Shown here: positions 52,024 to 63,874 of the stretch, piece by piece
How the letters are laid out: each line of letters opens with the position of its first letter
Numbering within the stretch: position 1 is the stretch's first letter
NCBI RefSeq assembly: GCF_964194025.1
Contig: NC_134481.1
Coordinates: forward strand, 41,478,001-41,542,000
Length of the DNA stretch: 64,000 nt
From: Convolutriloba macropyga
Taxonomy: Eukaryota
Direction of reading: 5' to 3'
The notes under the pieces: generated by a model
Seen by the model: the letters and a program-made list of their open reading frames with translations, nothing else
What the model was told of the DNA's origin: nothing
The model's database searches: none
Made by a program: the position numbers and the translations under genes

Positions 52024-55000
52024 TTAAGAGTCTGATTCTATCGCTTCATAATCAATAAATGGGTTATACACTGGACGTTCTTCTTCTATCTCATTTTCAT
52101 CGGCAATTTCATCAGAATCAATATCAGACTCTGTGATTGCGGCGGTTCTTACGAAGCCGGGGTCAGGGATTTCAGCGTTGTCAGTATTCGTTTCAACTGT
52201 GGTTTCAATTTCCCTCTGGTTTTCAATTTCGTACAACTCTCCAGACGACCAGGAACTCAACGATTCATTATCGAAATTGTCGTCTTCGTCGAAGAAACGA
52301 TCGTGGACAATATTTATGTGACCAAACGGCAGCGTATCGATCCCATTTTCAAGAATGTATCGTTTATTTTCGAAAGCGTTGAGCGACACTTTATTAATGG
52401 TTACTGTATGGAGTTGGTGGCTGCTAGAAGCTATTCTATGGTTTTGCGTGCGGATCAAACGACCAGAGGAGAGAGTTTCTTTGAATCTGTCATGCGTCAG
52501 TTGTCGTTGTGCTAATTTTGTGACGCCTTTAGCTGATTTCTTTTCCCCGCCATCTAAATTAAAATATTGAACATTAGGAACAGTCCCAACTAACAAGCTG
52601 TATATTGATACGTGTGAGTGTGATGAAAACTAACTTACCAATTGCAATTACTGAGTAGAGTTTCGGCTTGAGAGCACAAAATTCTTGAATAGGCACGCTG
52701 GCAAACTCGTCCTTAAACTTCAGGACGACATATTCGTTCACTTTGGAGAAGAGCGGGTGCTGTGGTGGATAATTAGAGAAGTCGAAATGTTGCAAAATAT
52801 GAATTTTTTGGCGTATATCTTCATAAACGTCTATTGTATTGATTCGATATAGCAGTGAATCAGTATCCGAGTAGAGAACTTTGCAATCAAAATTTGGCTT
52901 CATCACTGTATAATGGAATTGGAACATGTGTAATTTGGCCAGATCAAGTACACATGCCCCTACAATAGTGGGTTTGTTCCAATAAATCCGTTTTTTTGCA
53001 GTTTTCATTGCAGCCATGCTCTCTCCAAAGATTTTGAACGATTTAAAATGAAAGTTTTGCGTTCTTTGTAGCACACTTTGAGCATTTCGAACAATAACGA
53101 CTTGATCACGGTTCCTTTTCGACTCGCACGTTTTTCCGAACGCTGAATTATTCATGCCCTTATAGAACTTTTTGCCAAAAGCAGTACTGGCAGCAATCCG
53201 GAGACTGGTATTTAGCTCCATGTAGGGTCGCATCCAGTTCGCTTGCTCAAACTTTAATGCCCGATGAAGTTTTGTAATTTTGAGCCCCATTGAATTGTAG
53301 AATTGGGCAAGCCGATAATGTAGCGTGTAGCGGTTTTTAGGCAACAGCGTTTGGACGAGTTTTGGCCCAGATGACTTTTCAGGTAAGTGCATCTGTACTT
53401 TCAAATTTTTCTGGTAACCGCTCAGCCAAGAATGTTTGATTTTCAATTTGGGTGGCGCCAGAGGGTAATCTTGATGAGCTTCATGAAATTCGGGTGGATA
53501 ATCAATATCAACTTCAATTATGTATCCATGCTGTGCCGTTGACGAAAGTTTGACTACATCCTCGAGCGTGATGTGTGCATCTAGCGCAAAATCTTTCAAG
53601 GGCAAATGATCGCTCTGCAATACGCCGCCGTAGAGGTTATTTGCGTCTAGCATCAACGCATATGTAGACGGCTTAGAAGCATCATAGTTCGGCAGATGAC
53701 AGTTGTTTGCTTGAAAGAGTCGTTGCTCATAGATTGAAGACACTCCTCCGCGCATCATGTTCTCTACAAGTTCAAGTTGTTCTCTCTCGGTTAGCAAATG
53801 CAGGTCGGGTTTGCAGACCTTGAGGAACGCATCTCCTGATAAATTTGATGCTCCATAGTACTGTGCGCAATCTAAACCGTACGTGTCATAGCAGATATCT
53901 CTGAAAGCCTCAAAAACGCACGCCAAGAGCAAAGTGTCACAGGTTAGATAAAGGTCGTGGTAGTCGCCGATGTTTTGACAACCAAATTTTGAAAACACTG
54001 TTTGAGCATGATTGTAGTCGGTTTCGCTGATAGTGACTTCACCGCCATGCAATGTATTTTTCCATTCCGATAATGGAGGCAACACTTTTTCTTCAAACAC
54101 TTGTTCTGATGTGATGTAGGAATAACAGTAAAAACCTTTTTGGCAGAGAAGTTGAAAATCGCTATTGAAGTAAGATTCATACTTAGAGCGTAGAATGTCA
54201 AAGCGATTTTCAGGCAGATCAGCTACCAAGGACTCGAGAGATTGGGGCATGAAGTTAAACGAGTCAATTAACCTTATGTATTCGAAGATGGGTACTTGTT
54301 GTCCGGCCTCCGACTCAAAATTTTTTATGAACACTCCAACAGAGAGTGATATATAGTTTTCGTCCGTAGAAGGTATAACTTCAAACTTCGTTTCTGGCCC
54401 GCACTCTGCTAGTGCAAGACATATATGATGAATATCATACTTTTTGATATTATGACCAATCATTGGCGTAAAGTTAGATGTTCTGCGACGAGTGTTACAG
54501 AGTTGATGCGCCCACCCTAGAAAATGACCATCGTAGTGACAATGGTCAAGAACAAGCTCAGCCTTATCGTTTATTTCGTTTTCACAGATCCAACATCTTG
54601 TGTTATTTTCACGCGCTGGAACAGGTCCTCGGTAGGGTCCGTAGAAAGCTCGTTTTCGGTTGTAAATGTCCCGCGCCAGTACGTGCAAAGATTTTACAAA
54701 TTCGTTCATACAGTTGTCACCTCTTTTGAGTTCAAAGTAGACAGGAGTTGCTTTACCGTGTTCTATGGCTGCTATTGCATAACCACAAGGTTCATGTTTT
54801 TCAATTGCAACTGTGTAGGAAGTAGAGGGTGAGGGTTGTGCTGTAGCGAATGGAACAAGATAAGATTCTGTGTCAAAGTATAGAACGATAGGAAGAAACC
54901 AGCGTGCTTTCCAGTTTCTGAACTGTAGGGAAGTGTTGCTTTCTTTTGGCATAACAATTTCTGCTGCTGCATGTTCACTGCATGTTTTAACATAGTTTTG

Positions 55001-56301
55001 ATAAGTTTCTCTGTTTGTACACAAATGAAAACAATTTCGACAAATACGCTGCGCTGCACGGTGCGCTATACCTTTGAAGTATGCGACAAATCGTTCCAGA
55101 TTCAAGATGAGAACGTAGTGATGGGCATTCTCATCGTGGAGGAGAAGAAGGTCCATTGTGAAGGATTTGTTTGGCTTTTTGGAAACGTAGATCATCACCA
55201 AACGTGTTCCCTCGATTCTGTAAACAAAACAGATTCATGAAGACCAATACAGTTTTGACATTTTGATTCGTTTAGCAGGAATATTTGAATTTTATTGATA
55301 TTATTAAAGAAACACTTACCCGAAAACATTGACGCGAACGTCGTTGGCGTCCTCAAAGTATGGGATCCTGTTTATGGGCATGGGCATCTGATAGTCTCCA
55401 ACCGGCTGTCGTTCCGCATTCTTGTACGTATCTGGATTCGTCTTTTCAGTTCCCGATCGACCTTCTGTCAGTAAATTGATTCGATTTTTGATCTGATACG
55501 CGGCAACGAAACAATACACGAAGCAGTTGTGATCAAAATGGTTTCGTATGTTGAGCAATGAGCGGCATCCGTTCAGGAAACCAGGTAGAGCTATATATGA
55601 CGATGCATGCACGGGGGCAAAGGCGGCTACCTTGATTTCCAGTCTGTTTACTTTGCGCAGAATCCATCCACTGCCTTGTGACGAAAACATGAAGAGAATA
55701 TTCAACATCTTACTCCACATCTTGAAAAAAATCTTCGTTTGAGAGTCCATCCAAGTACACTGTAGTCATTTCAGAGCTAGCAAAGATTTCGATAGCTTGT
55801 TCTTCGTTGTCATTTTCGTTTCTTTCTTTGTACAGATCCAGAGACACAACAAACTGAATTTTTTTTGGCTGCAATCGAAACTTCGCTGTATATAAGGTCC
55901 GTTATGATGTCTCTATTGTTCAGCATGAACTCCATGAGATCTTGGTCGTCCTCCGTTCCATCAATAGTGAAAACTTGAAGTGCTCCTTGAAAGGCGGATT
56001 CTGTTGGTCTTCTGCTTGTTTCACTAGTTCTCGAGGGCAGTCCATGTTGATCTCTTATGTGTGTGGCAAAGCGACCAGCAGAATCAAAGCCAATGTAGCA
56101 GTAGAGACAACATTGTACTAACGGATTATGTCGGTTTCCGAAATGTCGTTCGAGAGTTCGTAGATCTCTTGTAGTGAAATCACAGTGTTCACAGCGGTAC
56201 ACTGGCACTCCAACTTCATCTGGATGCAAGTTCCTTTGGTGACGATTGCGGTTGGTGCGAAATGTGAATTTGGCGTTACAAAATTTGCATGAGAAACTCA
56301 T
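52024..56301 (-). CDS. polB: Protein-primed DNA polymerase B with N-terminal C2H2 fingers; introns at 52554-52638 and 55218-55319; 5' frameshifts
   Basis: YFDTES, HNIKKYD, LDANNLYG, KGMNNSAFGK, YSDTDS, KPKLY, KGV; EndoVII-like CWIC..DHCH..G.AHQLCN. GT-AG introns restore the frame. Confidence 0.93.
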
Positions 56302-56560
56302 TGTTGAATCAATTTGAAGATAAAATGGTTTTGAGTTCGAGATAAACCAAACCTTCAACCCTCTAAAAATAACCAACGTCCTGATTGGTTGAATTTGAAA
56401 ACATGTTCAAAACGAAATTTCTAGGGACAAAGTTTCTTTCCAATCAGTTAACTAAAGGATTACACAAGAGTGAATAATACCATTGTCCAATGTTCACAGC
56501 CCCATTAATTAAATTAGGAGATGGATGAAGCTTTAGAAACAACATTTTTTTATCCCGTAA

Positions 56561-56730
56561 GAGGGCGTCTAGCATTTTATGCAAATTTAGTCCTGCTTTA
56601 TGCAAATTCCATCATTCGCCAGTGAGGGCGTAGATCATGTTTTATGCAAATCCATTTGCATATATGATTGGTATTCTGGCCAAAGAGGGCTACAATCATG
56701 TCTTATGCAAAGTTGAATTAAAATGCAAAT
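56561..56730. promoter_or_regulatory. Octamer (ATGCAAAT) cluster upstream of polB
   Basis: Perfect octamers at 56579, 56600, 56644, 56654 (reverse) and 56723, within ~60-bp GAGGGC-led repeats. Confidence 0.55.
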
Positions 56731-57356
56731 ACCAATGTTTTGCCGTAATAGTCGAAGACTTATGCGTATTTTCTATGCAATATATGCGTAATGACTATGC
56801 AATGACGTGTTTTAGCGAGCCTTATATGGTTAAATGGCTTTATTGGTGTTCTAGTGCAACTGAATATCTCTTTTTAGGCATAAAAAAGTTGATTATCACA
56901 GTTTTTTTAACCAAAAACATTGAAAAAAAAATTTTTTGAAAATAGATTTGAATTTTAGTATAACAAGTCCCATCAATGATTACTGGAGGTTGTAGCAGAA
57001 TCAGTTGAGGGTTGAAAGATTTTAAAAAACTAAGAAAAAATGTTTTTAAAAGTTGGAAAAAAAATTGATTTTTTTTGGTTTTTTTTGCAATTTTTAATGG
57101 AACTCATACTTGGCGAGCAGCTAGCTTCATCATTCTTATGATCAAAGTTTCACAGCATGAGATTTTATGAAGACCGGTTTTTACAGAAGTGTGAAAAAAC
57201 CTCGGGAACACGATTTTTCAAAACATCTGGCAGCCACATGTTTTTAATTGAAAACAGGTGTTTGCGAAAACCGTGTTCCCGGGGTTTTTTGGCCATGATC
57301 ATCATAACCTTTTATTTCTGTTACAAAGTCGTAAGAAAAACTCATTCTGACTATTT

Positions 57357-58246
57357 TTCAGCAAAACAACCACATCATCAATTTTTTTCGATTTTTCGGA
57401 AAAAATGACCTTTTTTTCAGAAAAAAAGTGTTTTTTCTCTAAAACATTTTATGAGGAATTTCTAAAGTAACACCTTCAAATTGTAGTAAAAAACATAGGG
57501 ATAACATTGAAACATTGAAAAATTGCATGTTTTCAAGTTATTTGAAAGAAAACAATTTTTTCAAAATTTATAGTTTTCACAAAATTTTTGCTTTTTTACA
57601 AATAACTTTTTTTCTGTTACAGATATGAAAAAGTTTATGGGGACCAAAAATTTAGAGCGTGTTGTTTTTGAAGAAAAACAAAAAAAACAACACGATCTAA
57701 ATTTTTGATCCCCATAAACTTTGTCATATCTGTAACAGAAAAAAAGTTATTTGTAAAAAAGCAAAAATTTTGTGAAAACTATAAATTTTGAAAAAATTTT
57801 TTTCTTTCAGTAAAACAACACGCTCTAAATTTTTGGTCCCCATAAACTTTTTCATATCTGTAACAGAAAAAAAGTTATTTGTAAAAAAGCAAAAATTTTG
57901 TGAAAACTATAAATTTTGAAAAAATTTTTTCCTTTCAGCAAAACAACCACATCATCAATTTTTTTTGATTTTTCGGAAAAAATGACCTTTTTTTCAGAAA
58001 AAAAGTGTTTTTTCTCTAAAACTTTTTATGAGGAATTTCTAAAGTAACACCTTCAAATTGTAGTAAAAAACATAGGGATAACATTGAAACATTGAAAAAT
58101 TGCATGTTTTCAAGTTATTTGAAAGAAAAAATTTTTTTCAAAATTTATAGTTTTCACAAAATTTTTGCTTTTTTACAAATAACTTTTTTTCTGTTACAGA
58201 TATGAAAAAGTTTATGGGGACCAAAAATTTAGAGCGTGTTGTTTTA
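57357..58246. repeat. Foldback / inverted-plus-direct repeat block
   Basis: ~125-bp arms 57543-57668 and 57684-57809, a third arm at 57812-57937, and 57357-57668 repeated directly at 57935-58246. Confidence 0.9.
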
Positions 58247-58892
58247 CATCATATGAGATACTTCTCAGTAGTTTCCTCATCAGTCTTCCACTTGTAGGGT
58301 GATAAGTTAAAGACAAAAACATATGACTGAACATAGATTTTGTTCTCTGTGACCCATAAAATTTTGCTCCTCCAAAATTTTTGTTAAGAGTTCTATTGTA
58401 GAACACTTTGCGCTCAGCAAAATGTCTCCTTACAAAATTATCCAACTTTTTTATTTTCATTGTTTTTTTTGTTTTTCTTCAAAAATTTTCCAATTTTTCG
58501 AGCAAATTGTTCGAAAAATGGTTTGAAAATGGGCAAAGACTCCACCTCTCAATAGAGTTGTTCAACTCCTATTTTGTAGACGATATTGTGCTCTATAAAA
58601 CCATGTTTATACATGTTTCATCATTTGGCGAATTTAGTCACTTTTACAGGTTTTCGAAAAAAAAATTCAATTTGTCTTTAGTCCTTCGAATTTTTTTTCT
58701 ATTTTCAAAAACCAAACTAATAATACTAAATTTTTATTTTATACACAAAAAACATTTAATCTCCTTTACAAAATCGAAACAAATAAATCAAAGAAATTTA
58801 CTCAACATTTTTATAAAACACAATATTTGATTACTCCAAAAAGCAATTCTTCACACAATCAAACTGAGAGTTTAGGTTTCCTTTCAGAAATT

Positions 58893-59660
58893 CTAATCAA
58901 AGAGTTTTTCACAAGGTCCAATGGACCTTCTTTTTCTTGGCGCGAGAGTGACTTTTGGCGTCTCGGAGTTGTCGGGTGTTGTTGTTGTTGTTGCTGTTGC
59001 AACCAAGCTTGCACCGGTCTCTAAAATTGTTGTTGGTGTCGTCGAGCCAGACGGTGTTCTGAAGTCGGTCGCAGACAAATTCTGCATCAATTGACTTGCA
59101 GTTGGTAGTGAGCCAAAATTCCATGCAAGTTTCTCCTCTGTAACGGGTGAAAACAGAGACGGTGAGCTCTCCGGAGTCACAGTGGCACTAGGATCAGAAG
59201 TTGGCGTTGAAACACATCCTGGTGTTGGTGGTGGTGACTCGGGAGAATGTGGAAGGCCCCACAAATCGGCTAGGTCATTGCAGGCCCGAACTACTCCCAA
59301 CTGGTTTTCGAAAAAGGGCACGCAGTCACAATCGTAATTGTATAGAATAGTTCGAGTTTCTTTTGGCAGCGTCACAATGTCATACGGGTAAAGAGGATGC
59401 GTTAACGACAAAGGTGGAACGAACCCGACTGAAGTGATAAAGGTTCCACCGCAATCTTCACTCTCCTTTTTGTCCGGCAAGGTTGCAATGAAGTTAATGA
59501 AGATTTTAGGTATCATAAAGTGTTCAAGCGTTGTCCAATTCTCCTCTTTCTCGTTTGTCCTTTTTTGTTGGATAAAAACCACAAAGTTTTCGTAAAAGGT
59601 TTGGTACAGAATTGTTCGCTCCCAGACATTGTTTTGGTCGCTTAGGATATGGAAAGACAT
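58893..59660 (-). CDS. Polinton hypothetical protein with Pro/Ser/Thr-rich tail
   Basis: Intact 255-aa ATG ORF inside the element. Confidence 0.7.
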   Translation of the reverse strand: MSFHILSDQNNVWERTILYQTFYENFVVFIQQKRTNEKEENWTTLEHFMIPKIFINFIATLPDKKESEDCGGTFITSVGFVPPLSLTHPLYPYDIVTLPKETRTILYNYDCDCVPFFENQLGVVRACNDLADLWGLPHSPESPPPTPGCVSTPTSDPSATVTPESSPSLFSPVTEEKLAWNFGSLPTASQLMQNLSATDFRTPSGSTTPTTILETGASLVATATTTTTPDNSETPKVTLAPRKRRSIGPCEKLFD

Positions 59661-60567
59661 TTTCTGCGTTTGAAGAATTTTGAAGAGATAATAATGTTTT
59701 AAAGAATTTTGGAATGCTTTGAAGAGAAGATAAGCAAATTGAATGTTTTTGATAATTGAACACGAAAAAGTTGTGAAGGTATTTTGAAGCGCAAGGATAC
59801 TTGTTCACAAAATTTGACTTCTACTCAGACAGTGGACTTTCAACAAAGTTAAAGAGTTGCTGTTTCGGAACCGAAATGAAATAAAATGTAGCGGGGAATT
59901 TACCCCCATGTAGTTTATGCGAGTTAACAATGTGAGTCCAGTGGCAGTTCTCTTATCTGCCCCCGGCACAACCAAAGGCCAACTATTTTGGCCCGGAATT
60001 TTGATTGAAAACATATGTGCTTTACTACTTTGTTTATAACAGAATTAGGCACACGCCTTAAAACTGCACATGTATTTACAAAATTTTAGTTGAACGCCAG
60101 GTGTTTTTCATTAATTTGGACCAAGTTGGATAAGTAGACCACACACGTATAACCCACGCATGCCGCGCGCCTGAGGTGGGGAGCACGTTGCTTGTAATTG
60201 AAACCACACTTTGGTTCCTTGTTACGAGGGAATTATCACACCTAACACGTATTATTCCCCTCTTATCAGTTGGTTTCTTTGAAACTCATGGTGATAGGGA
60301 CTATTACCAGTGTGTATTTGTGTATGTGTGTGGGTTATCAAGGCAAAGCCAAGAAATACCTCTTGTTGATCTAAATATAACTCCGCGATATATAAATTAT
60401 ACGGGAAATACATGGGCCTCTGAAGACATGTGATATATGTAAATCACTTGAAACAGCCTTATCAGTAATACCGTTTTGGAATGAATAGTTAACATTTGAA
60501 TAATTTAACCTTTCGCTAACAGTTGACTACGTTCTACCACAAAAACTTCCAAGCTAATTTGGTATAA

Positions 60568-60915
60568 ATGCCTTTCACTGCAAGCAAAGACAAAGAGTAC
60601 GGTGATTGCTATTTCGATATATCCAAAACAGAAAAGAGGTTGATAAGAGCTACTCTCAAAACCTATGAAAACACCGGGACGTATGTCTTTTTGAAACTTT
60701 TTAAGAGAAAAGACAATGAATACGAATTTGAACAGAGAATATCCCTTACAACAGAGGAATTTGACAAACTTATGAAAAAAATTGGCAGGATACGAAACTC
60801 GGTGCCAGAGTCAGAAGGGAAAAAAGATACTTCGGTTACTAAAAAACCTAAACTAGCAGAAAAAGATTCTGGATACGAATCAGCGTCCTCATCCTCGGCT
60901 GCTTCCACAGATTAA
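60568..60915 (+). CDS. PC4-like ssDNA-binding protein
   Basis: RLIRATLKTYENTGTYVFLKLF....EQRISLTTEEFDKL matches the PC4 beta-strand and ISL(T/N)xE(Q/E)(W/F)xxL pattern. Confidence 0.6.
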   Translation: MPFTASKDKEYGDCYFDISKTEKRLIRATLKTYENTGTYVFLKLFKRKDNEYEFEQRISLTTEEFDKLMKKIGRIRNSVPESEGKKDTSVTKKPKLAEKDSGYESASSSSAASTD

Positions 60916-60920
60916 TCAAA

Positions 60921-61642
60921 ATGGTTGAAGCAATGTTTGAACGATCGCCGGGTTTCTTCAAACAATTTCAGAAGGCGTTCAAATTTTCAGTTTGCGATGA
61001 AAAACCAAGGTTGAATGGTGTAAAAAATTATGCTGTGTGTGTTCATTTTGAAAACCCCTTTTGCACTTTGAAAACTAATCATTACCATGTTTTGGTGGAT
61101 ACATCAGACGTGACAAAGTCTTCAGACAAATCAAAGTTTAAAAAAAGCTATACAGTGCCTTGTCTCTACACAACATTTAAGATTTTTTTTGCCAATTCAA
61201 ATACCCTAGAGCTGAATGGAGAAATTTTTCAAAAGCTTGTTTTGGCGGTTGAATACAACAAAAATTTGAGCATAGGTTCCCACTCAATTCAGAAACTGTT
61301 GCCAAACTTCTCTAACGTAGCTGCTAATCAAAAAGTCAACAACAACAGCATTGTGACGTTGAATGAAGACAATCGACGACGACTACAGCAAGGAAGCAGC
61401 ATACAGTTTCAACTCCAAAAAAGTCATTGCAAAATTGTATTACAAAGTCCAATAACCATTAAACTCAAACTGATAGCTTTGCAAGTGAATCTCTAAAGAG
61501 ATTTCAAAATATCTTGTCTGGGCCACACTCAGGTGCTTTCTGCCAAATAATGGACATTTTTTTGAGCGGATATGGTAATTTGCTTGTTGATACTGATGTT
61601 TTGTTTGTACGCATAGTGTATGAAGAGAAAATAAAATTTTGA
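60921..61642 (+). CDS. Polinton hypothetical protein with HUH-like motif (3' part frameshifted)
   Basis: 191-aa ORF containing VCVHFE..NHYHVLVD. An alternative frame continues to TGA at 61642. Confidence 0.55.
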
Positions 61643-61685
61643 AAAAAAAACTTTATTCAACTAAGCAGAGTTTTAGTAGAGTTAG

Positions 61686-62118
61686 TTAGAGCATCAAATG
61701 AAGCGCAAATCGAATCAAATCAACATCACTCATTTTTACAATTTCTGTGTTGTTATAAATGTAATGAGCAACATAAATACAAAATAAGCCACACAATATA
61801 GAGTTTTGTGTTTGTATAGGTTGATTTCTAAGCAATTCATACACGTTTTGAATATCAAGAGCAGCAGAGGCCAGTCTGTTGTACAAACATTTGTATGATG
61901 TTAATTTCTGTCCAAGCGGATCAGCGAAAATGTAATTGCCATTCTTCCTACACAAAAGTGTCCAATGTGTTCCAATAGAATCAGAGCTGGATACATTGAA
62001 TAATGAATCTGTTCTGTGACAATTTCAAGGGAAAATTATCAGCTGCAAAGACACCACAAAATTTGTACTTTAGAAGTTTACATGCTTGAATCAGGCTGTT
62101 TATTTCGTCTTCATCCAT
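61686..62118 (-). pseudogene. Adenain-type cysteine protease (one frameshift near 62000)
   Basis: MDEDEI..FCGVFAADNFP..; GTHW, FADPLG and IQ..SILCGLFC provide the catalytic H/D/Q/C residues. The start overlaps the MCP stop (TAATG). Confidence 0.88.
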
Positions 62119-63429
62119 TAGTTTGTCAGAATATGATTTTTAGAAACTTTCCGAGCCGAGTCGATGAAAAAAGTGCTCGCTTTCTCACCAATAATGAAAA
62201 TTTCTATATTACTTGGCAAGGCAACTGAAACTTTGAGTTCTATTGAAATTGAACAATTGGTGAGTTCAGGGTGAATAAAATCATGCGACGCCTGCTGAGT
62301 GCTTGTGAGATCAAACACCATAATAAAATGGCTCGGGTACTCAGACAATTTAATTCCATGACCATTGTCAATATAGGCTAAGTCTGACATTGTGTTGAAA
62401 TATAAGCGTTTGTCATCAGTTGTATTTATTGGACTGTCAGCAACAGGAAGTCCATTTCGGTAAATACAAATCTGCTCCAGATTGAATTTACGAAAGTGGA
62501 AAGGATTGAGTTGTTTGCTTCCTAAAAACGCTTCATTTGTGTTAAGGCATATAGCTAGACGTCGAATTGGCTCCCTGCTAAAAACATCTTCTTGTTTCCA
62601 GCTTTGCAAGCCAGTAGAAGCAAGAAACGTTTTAGTTATGGTCTCCAAATACGGATAGGACGCTGGACTTGATAGTAAAGTTTTTTCAATTGCAGAAACC
62701 ACGTCATCGTTCAACGTCATTTTTCTTACATACAAATTAGCTTCTATAATTTTTATTTTGTAGGATTTTGCAGCATCGTCGGAAATTGTGACAAAATCAT
62801 CTATTGATCGTCAAAAAGAAATTCGCAGCGTCACACCACTCAAAAGATGTCGATCGCAAGTAAAAAAAATCTACAGCTACTTTTCCATATAAAGTACATT
62901 CGGCAGATTGTCTAACCAAAGTTTTTCGTCTGTTAACTTCAGCTGCCAGAATTGCTCCGGGGTTCTCTTCGTAGGAATAACCTTGACATGCCAACCAAGT
63001 TGCTTTAGCATCTTTGTTATGAGAAAATTCAGTTTCAATGAAACTTTTGTGAGCATAATTTCCATTTGCATTTGAAATTTTTAATCCGTTGGCAGATACT
63101 GTACAGTCAGAAAAGAGCGAATGTAAAACAATATTGCAGAAGTAAGGGGCGTCTGTTTTGGTGACGTCTGCTGCAGCTCCAGCGTCATATTTCAAATCGG
63201 CTTCAGAACCTTGAACTATCTTGCATTTGATTTCCAGGAAAATTTTTTGTAGGTCAATAAAATTATTTCTGTCTCCAGCCACCTCAAATTCGAGCATGGG
63301 TCCGTTAGGGCTGTACACTGGCCCTACTTTTTGACAAAAACTACCATCAAAAATTACAAGAAGCGCTGGTTTTTCAAACAAATCCAGGGAACTATGTGTT
63401 GCCTCTGTTGGTAACATATTACCGATCAT
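62118..63429 (-). pseudogene. Major capsid protein (double jelly-roll, hexon-like); one frameshift in an A-run near 62865
   Basis: SSLDLFE...P...MLEFEVAG...FIDL..., LHSLFS, NPFHF, VFDLT: typical Polinton MCP pattern. Confidence 0.85.
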
Positions 63430-63866
63430 CTTTAACTCTAGCGAAGAAATCCGACCGACTTCTTTTTGGCTGTTTATTTTTTGAAATGACAGTCTTTCTC
63501 ACATTAGTACTTTTTCTAGCTTTTGAGCCAGATCGTTAAGACCGTCTCCGATTCATTCGGTTTTGTCGTCTCATTCGCAGTGCTAATGAGCCTCCTGTTT
63601 GCTTTTTAACTGTGTTCGAAATTGTGTTTTTCAACGCCTGCTTTGCGGATTTTTTTTTTGCTGACAACATCCACTAACTCTGGCACACTTTGTAAGAGAA
63701 GTTCTTTTCCGACACGTTTTGCTGCGGGTAGAATGAATTTTCGTGCAAGCGGTAAGGCGATTCGACCTATGCCACTTGCTAAAGCTCCAAAGCCACTTCC
63801 TCTTTGTCTATAGTGTCCAGAAAAATAAGGCAACGAAGATGCTTGATTGGTATAGTACGATTCCAT
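63419..63866 (-). CDS. Basic core (pVII/pX-like) protein, frameshifted
   Basis: YFSGHYRQRGSGFG..ALPLARKF..AAKRVGKELL, followed by a frameshifted R/K-rich tail with QTGGS. Confidence 0.65.
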
Positions 63867-63874
63867 TGTTTTAA

